Part shown: positions 19,738-29,899 of the stretch, piece by piece
Layout of the letters: each line of letters opens with the position of its first letter
How positions within the stretch are numbered: the stretch's first letter is position 1
Source: Candidatus Latescibacterota bacterium
GTDB taxonomy: Bacteria; Latescibacterota; UBA2968; UBA8231
Assembly: GCA_965219385.1 (NCBI GenBank)
Contig: CBDCNM010000002.1
Span: 3,358,305-3,422,304, forward strand
Direction of reading: 5' to 3'
Length of the DNA: 64,000 nt
Notes under the pieces: generated by a model
Told to the model about the DNA's origin: nothing
The model's input: only the letters and a program-made list of their open reading frames with translations
Database searches by the model: none
Position numbers and translations under genes: made by a program

Positions 19738-19990
19738 GCGCCCTCGCCTCTGTAACGATGATCGAAAGCACCATCCCATCGCTCGAAAATGTAGATTTCG
19801 CCGTTTGACAAACCAGTGGCGCAACTCAAATCGCCGCCGTCGTGGTTCAAGAATAGGGCAGCAAGCGCGATCTCCGTTGTTGCATACAGCCAGGGTACTT
19901 GAGATGCTCTTTCTTGGTTTGAGCTCTGAGAGGCCATCCTGCTGAGAGGCGTGGTACACAATGTCCGGAATGGGAGCGCCGGACGGATCA
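19738..19990 (-). pseudogene. frameshifted, truncated remnant of a hypothetical gene
   Basis: YHASQQDGLSELKPR in one frame continues as PWLYATTEIALAALF..IFERWDGAF in another; lower GC; runs into the 3' end of the arylesterase. Confidence 0.4.
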
Positions 19991-20037
19991 CCGTCGCGGC
20001 TTGAAGGCTGTCGGCTCAGCCCTTCAAATTGTCTTTG

Positions 20038-20156
20038 AATGTCGCTTAATGAGGCGGCGGGTTTATGGCGGCCCAATGTTTCTCCAGCTGCCGAACCGGC
20101 GCAGCCGGTTGGGCAGAGGCCCGAATGGGCCGAAGCCGCACACCCGCCTGTTAGCT
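20038..20156 (-). repeat. attC-like repeat, copy 1
   Basis: Minus strand AGCTAAC...GCCCAACCGGCTGCGCCGGTTCGGCAGC..AAACATTGGGCCGCC...GCCGCCTCATTAAGCG; homologous to 26002 and 26714. Confidence 0.55.
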
Positions 20157-20170
20157 GAGGTTGCACCTCA

Positions 20171-20953
20171 TCAAATCACGAGAGATCGTACTGCTTCTTC
20201 AAGTTCTTCACCGCTACCTTCTCTCCATCCCAAGAGTTTAAAGGCTATCTTTCCATCTTGATCAATGATATACTCAGCAGGGATTCCATTGATAGGGTAA
20301 ATAAGTTCACACCAGCCACAGGTTGTTCCCCAAAAATGCAAAACCACGACTTTACCCTGATAATCTGCAAGGTCTATGTGATTGCCATCTATATCGGGCA
20401 AACTGAATCGAGGGGCCAACTGTCCAAGGTTTAAATTGTCAAACTCGTACAGATGTCCTCGGGCAAGACCTACATGCCATTCAGAAGCATCCCATGCGAT
20501 GATTTGTTCAAATCCTCGACGAGCTTTTCCTGTTTTACCCTCGTATTTCCAGTTATTGGCTAAAGTGTACAGCAAGGCCGACCGACTCTTCGAGGGAACG
20601 ACCTTTTCGACCAGTTCCTCCAATAGGAGAATTGCTTCTTTTTGTCGGCCATCATGCTCACCGAAACTACGCAGCAAACCATGCTCGACTTCGTCCCACA
20701 CATCTTCTGCATAGGAAATGTGCTTGAGTGCGGCTTGAACTTGGTCACTGACGCCTTTCAGATTTCCCCACATGGTGAAAGCATTGGACAAAGCCTTGGT
20801 GGCTATCTCTGAAGGCCTTTTCTCCAGATAAAACTGGAAAAACTCGGGCGCCAGTCGATGTTGGGGGTTGTTCTCACCAGAATAATCCTCTGCCGTCTCG
20901 TAGAACTGATCAACCTCTTCCCAGGCGGCCTTTTGCCATGCTTTAAAATCCAT
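20171..20953 (-). CDS. TPR-like plus TlpA/redoxin domain protein, redoxin domain internally deleted
   Basis: GQLAPRFSLPDIDG..GKVVVLHFWGTTCGWC jumps directly to INGIP.EYIIDQDGKI; low GC. Confidence 0.6.
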   Translation of the reverse strand: MDFKAWQKAAWEEVDQFYETAEDYSGENNPQHRLAPEFFQFYLEKRPSEIATKALSNAFTMWGNLKGVSDQVQAALKHISYAEDVWDEVEHGLLRSFGEHDGRQKEAILLLEELVEKVVPSKSRSALLYTLANNWKYEGKTGKARRGFEQIIAWDASEWHVGLARGHLYEFDNLNLGQLAPRFSLPDIDGNHIDLADYQGKVVVLHFWGTTCGWCELIYPINGIPAEYIIDQDGKIAFKLLGWREGSGEELEEAVRSLVI

Positions 20954-20963
20954 TTCTTCCTTA

Positions 20964-22412
20964 GCTCGACTTTATCCATTTATGTAGCGTACGAGACGGT
21001 GTGTATCAAGCGGTTGAGTAGGCTTCGAGGGATTTTTATCAGGTCGTGTTGGTTGGGCAGGTTGGAAAAAGCCTGCCAGAGCCGTTGTCGGACCCAGGCC
21101 ACGGCATCGGAAAAGGTGGGTTTTCGTTTGCCATACCAGGCCGTGGCATGGCAGGGGGAGGCGCTTTTGGGGGCCAGCCGATTGGCGATGAGGGCGACCA
21201 GACTAAACAAGGCCAAGATGACCGGCGTGGTCCGGGCAATGGCCCGCTCATTCCATTGGCGTTGGGTTTCCATGCCCAGATGGGCGCGGGCTTCCTCAAA
21301 GGTAGTTTCTACCGACCAGCGTTGGAGAAAATAGGTCAGCATTTGCCGAGGGGACAGACGCACATCGGTCGAGAGCAAGGCTTGGGGCGCGAAGCGGCCG
21401 GCCGGGTCTCGGATCAGCAGCCAGCGGAGGGGCACGGCGGGCAAGCCAGTGTGATACCACAGCGCCGTTTGGCTGTAGGTTTCCACTGTATAGGGGCCGG
21501 CGGCATACCACCGGTCCAGGGTGAGGGGGTGCCAAGGGGTAGTCGGATCGTTCAGGTGCTGCTGGAGGGTGGGCTGCCGGGCGCCTTTGCCGCGGGGGCG
21601 TCCCCGCGTGTGCGGCGTGCGGGTTGGTGGTGGGTCATACAGGGCCGCATCCAACCGCAAGCGGGTAATCAGCCCCACGTGGGGCCGAACCGCGTCGAGA
21701 AAGGCCAAGGCGGAGAAGGTGCTATCGGCGACCACGACCAGCCGGCGGGTGGGCAGCCAGCGCGCTACCAGCTTGAGCATAGTCTGCCCCCGTTGCAACA
21801 GGGTGAGGGGGGTGCGCTGGCGCTGAGTATAGTAGCGGGCCGACGGACACAGCACACTCATAAAGGGTAAGGCCCAACTTCGATCCGCCCAAGGGATAGG
21901 CGCTACCAGCATCAACGACAGCCAGCGCAAGCCGCTAGCCTTGACCAGGTGGGGCCCACTCGAGCGGACGGGATCCCGGTAGATGCCTCGGGCCCCAATC
22001 TGGGCGCCCCGGCGCCGCTCGATGGTCTCATCCAGGCCCAGGACCAGGGGCCCGTGGGGGGCAAAGGCGGCCACCAACGCCTGGAGGAGTAGCTTACTGC
22101 CGGCCAGGGGCGACCACACACAGCGGTTGAGGATCCGGTGGTAGGTTTGAAAGGTAGGCTGTTGGCTCAAGCCCAACACCTCCAACACGGCGCTGACCGT
22201 GCGTTTACCCGGGGCTAACAGCGCCCCGACCAACAGCGTCTGAGCCTGCGGCCAAACGCGGCTCGAAAAAAGGGGGGCAAAGGGCGACAAAATCGTTATT
22301 ATATCTTTCGGCAGGGGGCTCATCGGTTTCTCCTGGGCTGTCGATGCTTGGATACCATCAACAGTACGGAGGATACCGGCCTCCTGCCATGCGCGTTTGG
22401 ATAAAATCGAGC
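20964..22412 (-). mobile_element. IS701-like element, copy 1 (1449 bp; transposase 20980-22323)
   Basis: IRs GCTCGACTTTATCCA / TGGATAAAATCGAGC; TTA on both flanks; DDE motifs LDETIERR, VADSTF, RWSVETTFEE. Confidence 0.9.
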
Positions 22413-22415
22413 TTA

Positions 22416-23345
22416 GAAGCCGTCTGAAAACTCTAATTTTCATTTGATTCGTTTAAGTAGCAAGTGGATCATGGCAATCTGGATCAAGGCTTCACTATGG
22501 CGGGTCAAGACCTCATAATCTCGGGCATGTCGGCGAAAATTCATCAACCACGCAAACGTGCGCTCGACGACCCACCGGCGTTTAACTACGGTAAATCCGG
22601 AGCCTTGTTTGGCGACGACTTCCAAGTCTATTTTGTGCGTCTTTTTTTGGTTGGCCACCCACGTTCGGATGGCCTCGCCTTGGTAGCCGCCATCAACCCA
22701 CAGCTTGCGTAACCGAGCCACGCCGGCGGCCTTCAAGCGGGTCAACACCTGCTTCAAACCCTCTCGATTCTCGACATCGGCGGCGGTGACCACCACCTGT
22801 CGAAGCAAACCCGACGGGTCCACCAACAGATGCCGTTTGCGGCCTTTGATCTTTTTGCCGGCGTCATAACCGGTTGTTTTACCATGCGTTGCGGTCTTAA
22901 TCGTCTGACTATCGACTACGCCAGCCGACGGCATCGCAGCCCGGCCGCTCTGGCGGCGCTCCCTCTTGGTCAGCCGATCCAACACCAGCGGCCAGACCCC
23001 TTGCAGGCTCCAGCGACGAAAGTAATCATACACCGTTTTCCACGGCCCAAAACAAGCAGGCAACAACGCCCAAGGACACCCCGTCTTGTTCAAATACAAA
23101 AGGCCGTTGACAAGCTGGCGTCGATCCCGCGGCGGCCGACCCGGACCGTGAAGCCGCCAGCGCGGCGCGGGCAGCAACGGTTCGATCCGCTGCCATTGTG
23201 CATCGGTTAGATCGGTGGCATATTGCATACGCGGTGTACTCATCATACAAGCCTTTCTGTTCAGAGTTTGTGGTGAAACCTGAATATGGCTCGATGAGTA
23301 CGCCCGTTCAAATGCGGCTACATCAGAGGGTTTTCAGACGGCTTC
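22416..23345 (-). mobile_element. IS5-family (IS1031-type) element, copy 1 (930 bp; transposase 22440-23246)
   Basis: IRs GAAGCCGTCTGAAAAC / GTTTTCAGACGGCTTC; TTA duplication; YATDLTDAQW, VDSQTIK, GRKRHLLVD, VDGGY, RRWVVERTFAW. Confidence 0.93.
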
Positions 23346-23348
23346 TTA

Positions 23349-24797
23349 GCTCGACTTTATCCATTTATGTAGCGTACGAGACGGTGTGTATCAAGCGGTT
23401 GAGTAGGCTTCGAGGGATTTTTATCAGGTCGTGTTGGTTGGGCAGGTTGGAAAAAGCCTGCCAGAGCCGTTGTCGGACCCAGGCCACGGCATCGGAAAAG
23501 GTGGGTTTTCGTTTGCCATACCAGGCCGTGGCATGGCAGGGGGAGGCGCTTTTGGGGGCCAGCCGATTGGCGATGAGGGCGACCAGACTAAACAAGGCCA
23601 AGATGACCGGCGTGGTCCGGGCAATGGCCCGCTCATTCCATTGGCGTTGGGTTTCCATGCCCAGATGGGCGCGGGCTTCCTCAAAGGTAGTTTCTACCGA
23701 CCAGCGTTGGAGAAAATAGGTCAGCATTTGCCGAGGGGACAGACGCACATCGGTCGAGAGCAAGGCTTGGGGCGCGAAGCGGCCGGCCGGGTCTCGGATC
23801 AGCAGCCAGCGGAGGGGCACGGCGGGCAAGCCAGTGTGATACCACAGCGCCGTTTGGCTGTAGGTTTCCACTGTATAGGGGCCGGCGGCATACCACCGGT
23901 CCAGGGTGAGGGGGTGCCAAGGGGTAGTCGGATCGTTCAGGTGCTGCTGGAGGGTGGGCTGCCGGGCGCCTTTGCCGCGGGGGCGTCCCCGCGTGTGCGG
24001 CGTGCGGGTTGGTGGTGGGTCATACAGGGCCGCATCCAACCGCAAGCGGGTAATCAGCCCCACGTGGGGCCGAACCGCGTCGAGAAAGGCCAAGGCGGAG
24101 AAGGTGCTATCGGCGACCACGACCAGCCGGCGGGTGGGCAGCCAGCGCGCTACCAGCTTGAGCATAGTCTGCCCCCGTTGCAACAGGGTGAGGGGGGTGC
24201 GCTGGCGCTGAGTATAGTAGCGGGCCGACGGACACAGCACACTCATAAAGGGTAAGGCCCAACTTCGATCCGCCCAAGGGATAGGCGCTACCAGCATCAA
24301 CGACAGCCAGCGCAAGCCGCTAGCCTTGACCAGGTGGGGCCCACTCGAGCGGACGGGATCCCGGTAGATGCCTCGGGCCCCAATCTGGGCGCCCCGGCGC
24401 CGCTCGATGGTCTCATCCAGGCCCAGGACCAGGGGCCCGTGGGGGGCAAAGGCGGCCACCAACGCCTGGAGGAGTAGCTTACTGCCGGCCAGGGGCGACC
24501 ACACACAGCGGTTGAGGATCCGGTGGTAGGTTTGAAAGGTAGGCTGTTGGCTCAAGCCCAACACCTCCAACACGGCGCTGACCGTGCGTTTACCCGGGGC
24601 TAACAGCGCCCCGACCAACAGCGTCTGAGCCTGCGGCCAAACGCGGCTCGAAAAAAGGGGGGCAAAGGGCGACAAAATCGTTATTATATCTTTCGGCAGG
24701 GGGCTCATCGGTTTCTCCTGGGCTGTCGATGCTTGGATACCATCAACAGTACGGAGGATACCGGCCTCCTGCCATGCGCGTTTGGATAAAATCGAGC
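23349..24797 (-). mobile_element. IS701-like element, copy 2 (transposase 23365-24708)
   Basis: Same IRs, length and translated protein as copy 1; flanks TTA and TAA. Confidence 0.9.
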
Positions 24798-24889
24798 TAA
24801 GAACCTTGACATTGTCTGAATCATCTTATTCTCGGAATCACTTTGGATGAGGTCACACCACTGAACATTCAGGCTGAAAGAAAAAAGGT

Positions 24890-25942
24890 ATGAGAGTCTT
24901 CAAGATACAACCTGACAATACGTTCGTCGAGTATGTTCAGTCGCCTTACCAAGTCGATCACGAAGAGTCCGTGCTCGAGAAGTGGCTTGAGTCCAACCCA
25001 GACGGAATTCTGGAAGATGGTGGCATCCTGATTATCGGACGGCAGGTCTCTACAAACTTGGGAGGATTCATCGACTTACTCGGCGTGGACCACCAAGGAA
25101 ATGTGGTCATCATTGAATTGAAGCGAGATCGCACCCCTCGGGATACCATCGCTCAGTCCCTTGAGTACGCATCCTTCATCGAGCGACTCGACACTGGCGG
25201 CCTCGAAGTCATTCTTCGTTCTTACCTGAACGACGAGTCACTCAGCCTGGCCGAATACCACCGGGCATATTTCGAGTTGGGCGCGGCTGAGGCCGTGGCG
25301 TTCAATAAGGATCAACGGATCGTCCTCATTGGGCAACGCATCACCCCTGAGATCCGACAGACGGCCTTGTTCCTGTGCTCGAAAGGTGTCCGAGTCACAT
25401 GCGTTGAATTTACCTTTTTTCAGACTGATGGAGGAGGCGATCGTCTACTATCCCAGGAGACTGTGATCGGCAAGGAGGTCGGCAAGCTTACACCAAGCTC
25501 TTCTGGCTCTCTGCCTGTCGTCACTGAAGAAGCATTCCTTGCTTCATGCGACGAGAATGGTAGAGCCGTCTTTTCCCGCATTCTCGAATGGGCCAGGAAA
25601 AAGTCCGTGCCTGTACGTTGGAGAACCAGGGGGTGTTCCCTGAATGCCGACCTCAACGGAATCTACGTTGGATTCCTGTGGGGATACCCGCTCTATTCTG
25701 TGTATAAGCAAACCGTCTACACGGCGTTACGTGACGCGAGGTTCATGGGGAAGACCGCGGTGCCCGAGAATGTTATCCAGGCTCTCTGGGAACAGGCCGA
25801 GTCTACGGGACTCTTCGAGCAGGCGGGTCGAGACCTCAGATGTCAGATCACACGAAAGCTGACGGACGCCGAAGTGGATTCTCTTGTGGCATGGTGTGAG
25901 TCCGTGGAGCAGGCCATCTGCCAGTACGGGCTGAAACAATAG
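24890..25942 (+). CDS. NucS/DUF91-like PD-(D/E)xK endonuclease
   Basis: E..LEKWLESNP, IIGRQV, IDLLGVD..GNVVIIELKR, AQSLEYA; low GC. Confidence 0.75.
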   Translation: MRVFKIQPDNTFVEYVQSPYQVDHEESVLEKWLESNPDGILEDGGILIIGRQVSTNLGGFIDLLGVDHQGNVVIIELKRDRTPRDTIAQSLEYASFIERLDTGGLEVILRSYLNDESLSLAEYHRAYFELGAAEAVAFNKDQRIVLIGQRITPEIRQTALFLCSKGVRVTCVEFTFFQTDGGGDRLLSQETVIGKEVGKLTPSSSGSLPVVTEEAFLASCDENGRAVFSRILEWARKKSVPVRWRTRGCSLNADLNGIYVGFLWGYPLYSVYKQTVYTALRDARFMGKTAVPENVIQALWEQAESTGLFEQAGRDLRCQITRKLTDAEVDSLVAWCESVEQAICQYGLKQ

Positions 25943-26001
25943 CGGAGTCAAGAAAACGGATCAACACGGACGATGAATCTATGGTGGAAAAAGTAGCCAT
26001 C

Positions 26002-26107
26002 GTGTAACACCCAGTTGCCGCTGCGGCGCATTCGCGCCTTGGGTTTCACCAACCGGCTACGCCGGTTCGGCAACTTGAAAACGTTGGGCCGCCTCATTAA
26101 GCGCAAG
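26002..26107 (+). repeat. attC-like repeat, copy 2
   Basis: GTGTAAC...CCAACCGGCTACGCCGGTTCGGCAAC..AAACGTTGGGCCGCCTCATTAAGCG. Confidence 0.55.
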
Positions 26108-26161
26108 TGCGTGATCGAAACTCCTGAGAGGCACTTGCTACGTCCAGGAATTGATAAAAAA

Positions 26162-26719
26162 ATGGGTGATAAATTTCCTTTTCAAGTCGAGACAACAAGA
26201 CCATTGACGGCAGAGCGTGAAGGACGAAAGTGGCCCATTCGATTACGTCGCAACAATTCAATGGAACCAGGCCGGACGTGGATTTTCACGGATGGAGGTG
26301 GAGGGGGCAGGTTTGCAGCCGCGATTGTCCGTCCTTGCATTGAGGAGTACCGTACGGGCCGGCGAGAAATCAACTCCAACAGCGTCGTCGCCGAACTCGA
26401 CGGAGTCATTCTAGGTCTGGAAAACACCGTCTTGGGGGAAAGGGTCACAATTGTATCCGACTATCTCTGGACAGCTTACTACATCAACGGGTGGTGGAAG
26501 GTGCATCACGCGTGTCTTCGTGAAGGGGTAATTCGCGCAAGAAAAGTCGTCGAGGACCAAGAATTGAAGGATGTAGTATTTATTCATTATGGAGAGGAGA
26601 ACGAAGATGATGAGTGCGAATTTTCCAAATGGAATATGATTGCCCATGACCTATGCCAGGAGGGAAGTCAGCTGAAAAATCGTACGGGAATGACTCCACG
26701 AAGCTGCACCAGCGCTTAA
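26162..26719 (+). CDS. RNase HI-like protein
   Basis: IFTDGG, SVVAELDG, TIVSDY..YINGWW, NMIAHDL; low GC; stop codon lies inside the attC-like core; start uncertain (26162 or 26261). Confidence 0.65.
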   Translation: MGDKFPFQVETTRPLTAEREGRKWPIRLRRNNSMEPGRTWIFTDGGGGGRFAAAIVRPCIEEYRTGRREINSNSVVAELDGVILGLENTVLGERVTIVSDYLWTAYYINGWWKVHHACLREGVIRARKVVEDQELKDVVFIHYGEENEDDECEFSKWNMIAHDLCQEGSQLKNRTGMTPRSCTSA

Positions 26720-26828
26720 CACCGTGCCCCCGGCTTCGGGCATACGGCCCTCCGCCCAACCGCTACGCGGTTCGGGGGCACTGAAACGTTGGGCCGCTAT
26801 AAAGGCCGCCTCATCAGCTGATCATTGC
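26714..26828 (+). repeat. attC-like repeat, copy 3
   Basis: GCTTAAC (RYYYAAC) ... GCCCAACCGCTACGCGGTTCGG ... AAACGTTGGGC (GTTRRRY) ... GCCGCCTCATCAGC. Confidence 0.6.
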
Positions 26829-26891
26829 AAAGAATTTATATGGTTTCTCAAGTGAGGTAAACATGACTGAGCAAAACAATGCACCGTCTCA

Positions 26892-27821
26892 GAAGCCGTC
26901 TGAAAACCCTCTGATGTAGCCGCATTTGAACGGGCGTACTCATCGAGCCATATTCAGGTTTCACCACAAACTCTGAACAGAAAGGCTTGTATGATGAGTA
27001 CACCGCGTATGCAATATGCCACCGATCTAACCGATGCACAATGGCAGCGGATCGAACCGTTGCTGCCCGCGCCGCGCTGGCGGCTTCACGGTCCGGGTCG
27101 GCCGCCGCGGGATCGACGCCAGCTTGTCAACGGCCTTTTGTATTTGAACAAGACGGGGTGTCCTTGGGCGTTGTTGCCTGCTTGTTTTGGGCCGTGGAAA
27201 ACGGTGTATGATTACTTTCGTCGCTGGAGCCTGCAAGGGGTCTGGCCGCTGGTGTTGGATCGGCTGACCAAGAGGGAGCGCCGCCAGAGCGGCCGGGCTG
27301 CGATGCCGTCGGCTGGCGTAGTCGATAGTCAGACGATTAAGACCGCAACGCATGGTAAAACAACCGGTTATGACGCCGGCAAAAAGATCAAAGGCCGCAA
27401 ACGGCATCTGTTGGTGGACCCGTCGGGTTTGCTTCGACAGGTGGTGGTCACCGCCGCCGATGTCGAGGATCGAGAGGGTTTGAAGCAGGTGTTGACCCGC
27501 TTGAAGGCCGCCGGCGTGGCTCGGTTACGCAAGCTGTGGGTTGATGGCGGCTACCAAGGCGAGGCCATCCGAACGTGGGTGGCCAACCAAAAAAAGACGC
27601 ACAAAATAGACTTGGAAGTCGTCGCCAAACAAGGCTCCGGATTTACCGTAGTTAAACGCCGGTGGGTCGTCGAGCGCACGTTTGCGTGGTTGATGAATTT
27701 TCGCCGACATGCCCGAGATTATGAGGTCTTGACCCGCCATAGTGAAGCCTTGATCCAGATTGCCATGATCCACTTGCTACTTAAACGAATCAAATGAAAA
27801 TTAGAGTTTTCAGACGGCTTC
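26892..27821 (+). mobile_element. IS5-family element, copy 2 (transposase 26991-27797)
   Basis: Inverted copy of 22416-23345; one visible aa difference (VEDREG vs VENREG); flanks TCA and TAA. Confidence 0.93.
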
Positions 27822-27824
27822 TAA

Positions 27825-29273
27825 GCTCGATTTTATCCAAACGCGCATGGCAGGAGGCCGGTATCCTCCGTACTGTTGATGGTATCCAAGCATCGACAGC
27901 CCAGGAGAAACCGATGAGCCCCCTGCCGAAAGATATAATAACGATTTTGTCGCCCTTTGCCCCCCTTTTTTCGAGCCGCGTTTGGCCGCAGGCTCAGACG
28001 CTGTTGGTCGGGGCGCTGTTAGCCCCGGGTAAACGCACGGTCAGCGCCGTGTTGGAGGTGTTGGGCTTGAGCCAACAGCCTACCTTTCAAACCTACCACC
28101 GGATCCTCAACCGCTGTGTGTGGTCGCCCCTGGCCGGCAGTAAGCTACTCCTCCAGGCGTTGGTGGCCGCCTTTGCCCCCCACGGGCCCCTGGTCCTGGG
28201 CCTGGATGAGACCATCGAGCGGCGCCGGGGCGCCCAGATTGGGGCCCGAGGCATCTACCGGGATCCCGTCCGCTCGAGTGGGCCCCACCTGGTCAAGGCT
28301 AGCGGCTTGCGCTGGCTGTCGTTGATGCTGGTAGCGCCTATCCCTTGGGCGGATCGAAGTTGGGCCTTACCCTTTATGAGTGTGCTGTGTCCGTCGGCCC
28401 GCTACTATACTCAGCGCCAGCGCACCCCCCTCACCCTGTTGCAACGGGGGCAGACTATGCTCAAGCTGGTAGCGCGCTGGCTGCCCACCCGCCGGCTGGT
28501 CGTGGTCGCCGATAGCACCTTCTCCGCCTTGGCCTTTCTCGACGCGGTTCGGCCCCACGTGGGGCTGATTACCCGCTTGCGGTTGGATGCGGCCCTGTAT
28601 GACCCACCACCAACCCGCACGCCGCACACGCGGGGACGCCCCCGCGGCAAAGGCGCCCGGCAGCCCACCCTCCAGCAGCACCTGAACGATCCGACTACCC
28701 CTTGGCACCCCCTCACCCTGGACCGGTGGTATGCCGCCGGCCCCTATACAGTGGAAACCTACAGCCAAACGGCGCTGTGGTATCACACTGGCTTGCCCGC
28801 CGTGCCCCTCCGCTGGCTGCTGATCCGAGACCCGGCCGGCCGCTTCGCGCCCCAAGCCTTGCTCTCGACCGATGTGCGTCTGTCCCCTCGGCAAATGCTG
28901 ACCTATTTTCTCCAACGCTGGTCGGTAGAAACTACCTTTGAGGAAGCCCGCGCCCATCTGGGCATGGAAACCCAACGCCAATGGAATGAGCGGGCCATTG
29001 CCCGGACCACGCCGGTCATCTTGGCCTTGTTTAGTCTGGTCGCCCTCATCGCCAATCGGCTGGCCCCCAAAAGCGCCTCCCCCTGCCATGCCACGGCCTG
29101 GTATGGCAAACGAAAACCCACCTTTTCCGATGCCGTGGCCTGGGTCCGACAACGGCTCTGGCAGGCTTTTTCCAACCTGCCCAACCAACACGACCTGATA
29201 AAAATCCCTCGAAGCCTACTCAACCGCTTGATACACACCGTCTCGTACGCTACATAAATGGATAAAGTCGAGC
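27825..29273 (+). mobile_element. IS701-like element, copy 3 (transposase 27914-29257)
   Basis: Same IRs, length and protein; TAA on both flanks. Confidence 0.9.
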
Positions 29274-29805
29274 TAAGGAATCCTGATATAGAACCGAAAA
29301 CGATGCCCCCAAGAGCACCGGCACTCAATTTTCTGGCAATCCGCTTGTCGGTCTCCCTGTCGTCCCCTTTCGCCGGTCTCAGGGGAAGCGCTGCAACGGT
29401 CGGCATCTTGACCTCCACGGCGGCCTGCGTACTGTCACCATTTGCCGGTCCCGGGGAAGGCGGTCCTACCAGGACCAGCGTTTGAATGCGCTCCACGGCA
29501 ATCCGCTCCAACCAACCCTTTTGTCCCCGGTTCAGGATCAAACTCTTCGCATCAACGGCTTGAATGTAGCCTCTCACCGTAACCAGACTTTCCCACTCTC
29601 CCGAGATCGGGTGCCGCTCCCCCTGCCCATGGATGACCACGGCAAAGGCACCCACGTCCACCCGGCTGCCATCGATCTCGCCGGCTTCCAAAACCACCTC
29701 GGCCCGTCGTGCCTCGGCTGGGTCACGGGTCGTATCCGCGTGCGCATGGTGGACCATGAAGACGAGCGGAATCGCCGTGAGCAGGAAACGAAATACGGTG
29801 CTCAT
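29274..29805 (-). pseudogene. exported hypothetical protein truncated by IS701-like copy 3
   Basis: Signal peptide MSTVFRFLLTAIPLVFMVHHAHA; frame reads into the IS at ...GSISGFL. Confidence 0.6.
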
Positions 29806-29899
29806 GCTTCTATCTCCCATTCGATGCCGTCATTTTCTACGAAACCAAGCTTCACCTGCCGAAGGGTAGCTTTCTAAGTACCAATAACTTACAAACTAT

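Noticed and set aside
27794..27913. 487-aa extended IS701 transposase coupled to the IS5 stop codon (also 22324-22443)
   Set aside because: The extension reads through IR sequence; copy 2 lacks it and there is an AGGAG RBS before MSPLPK
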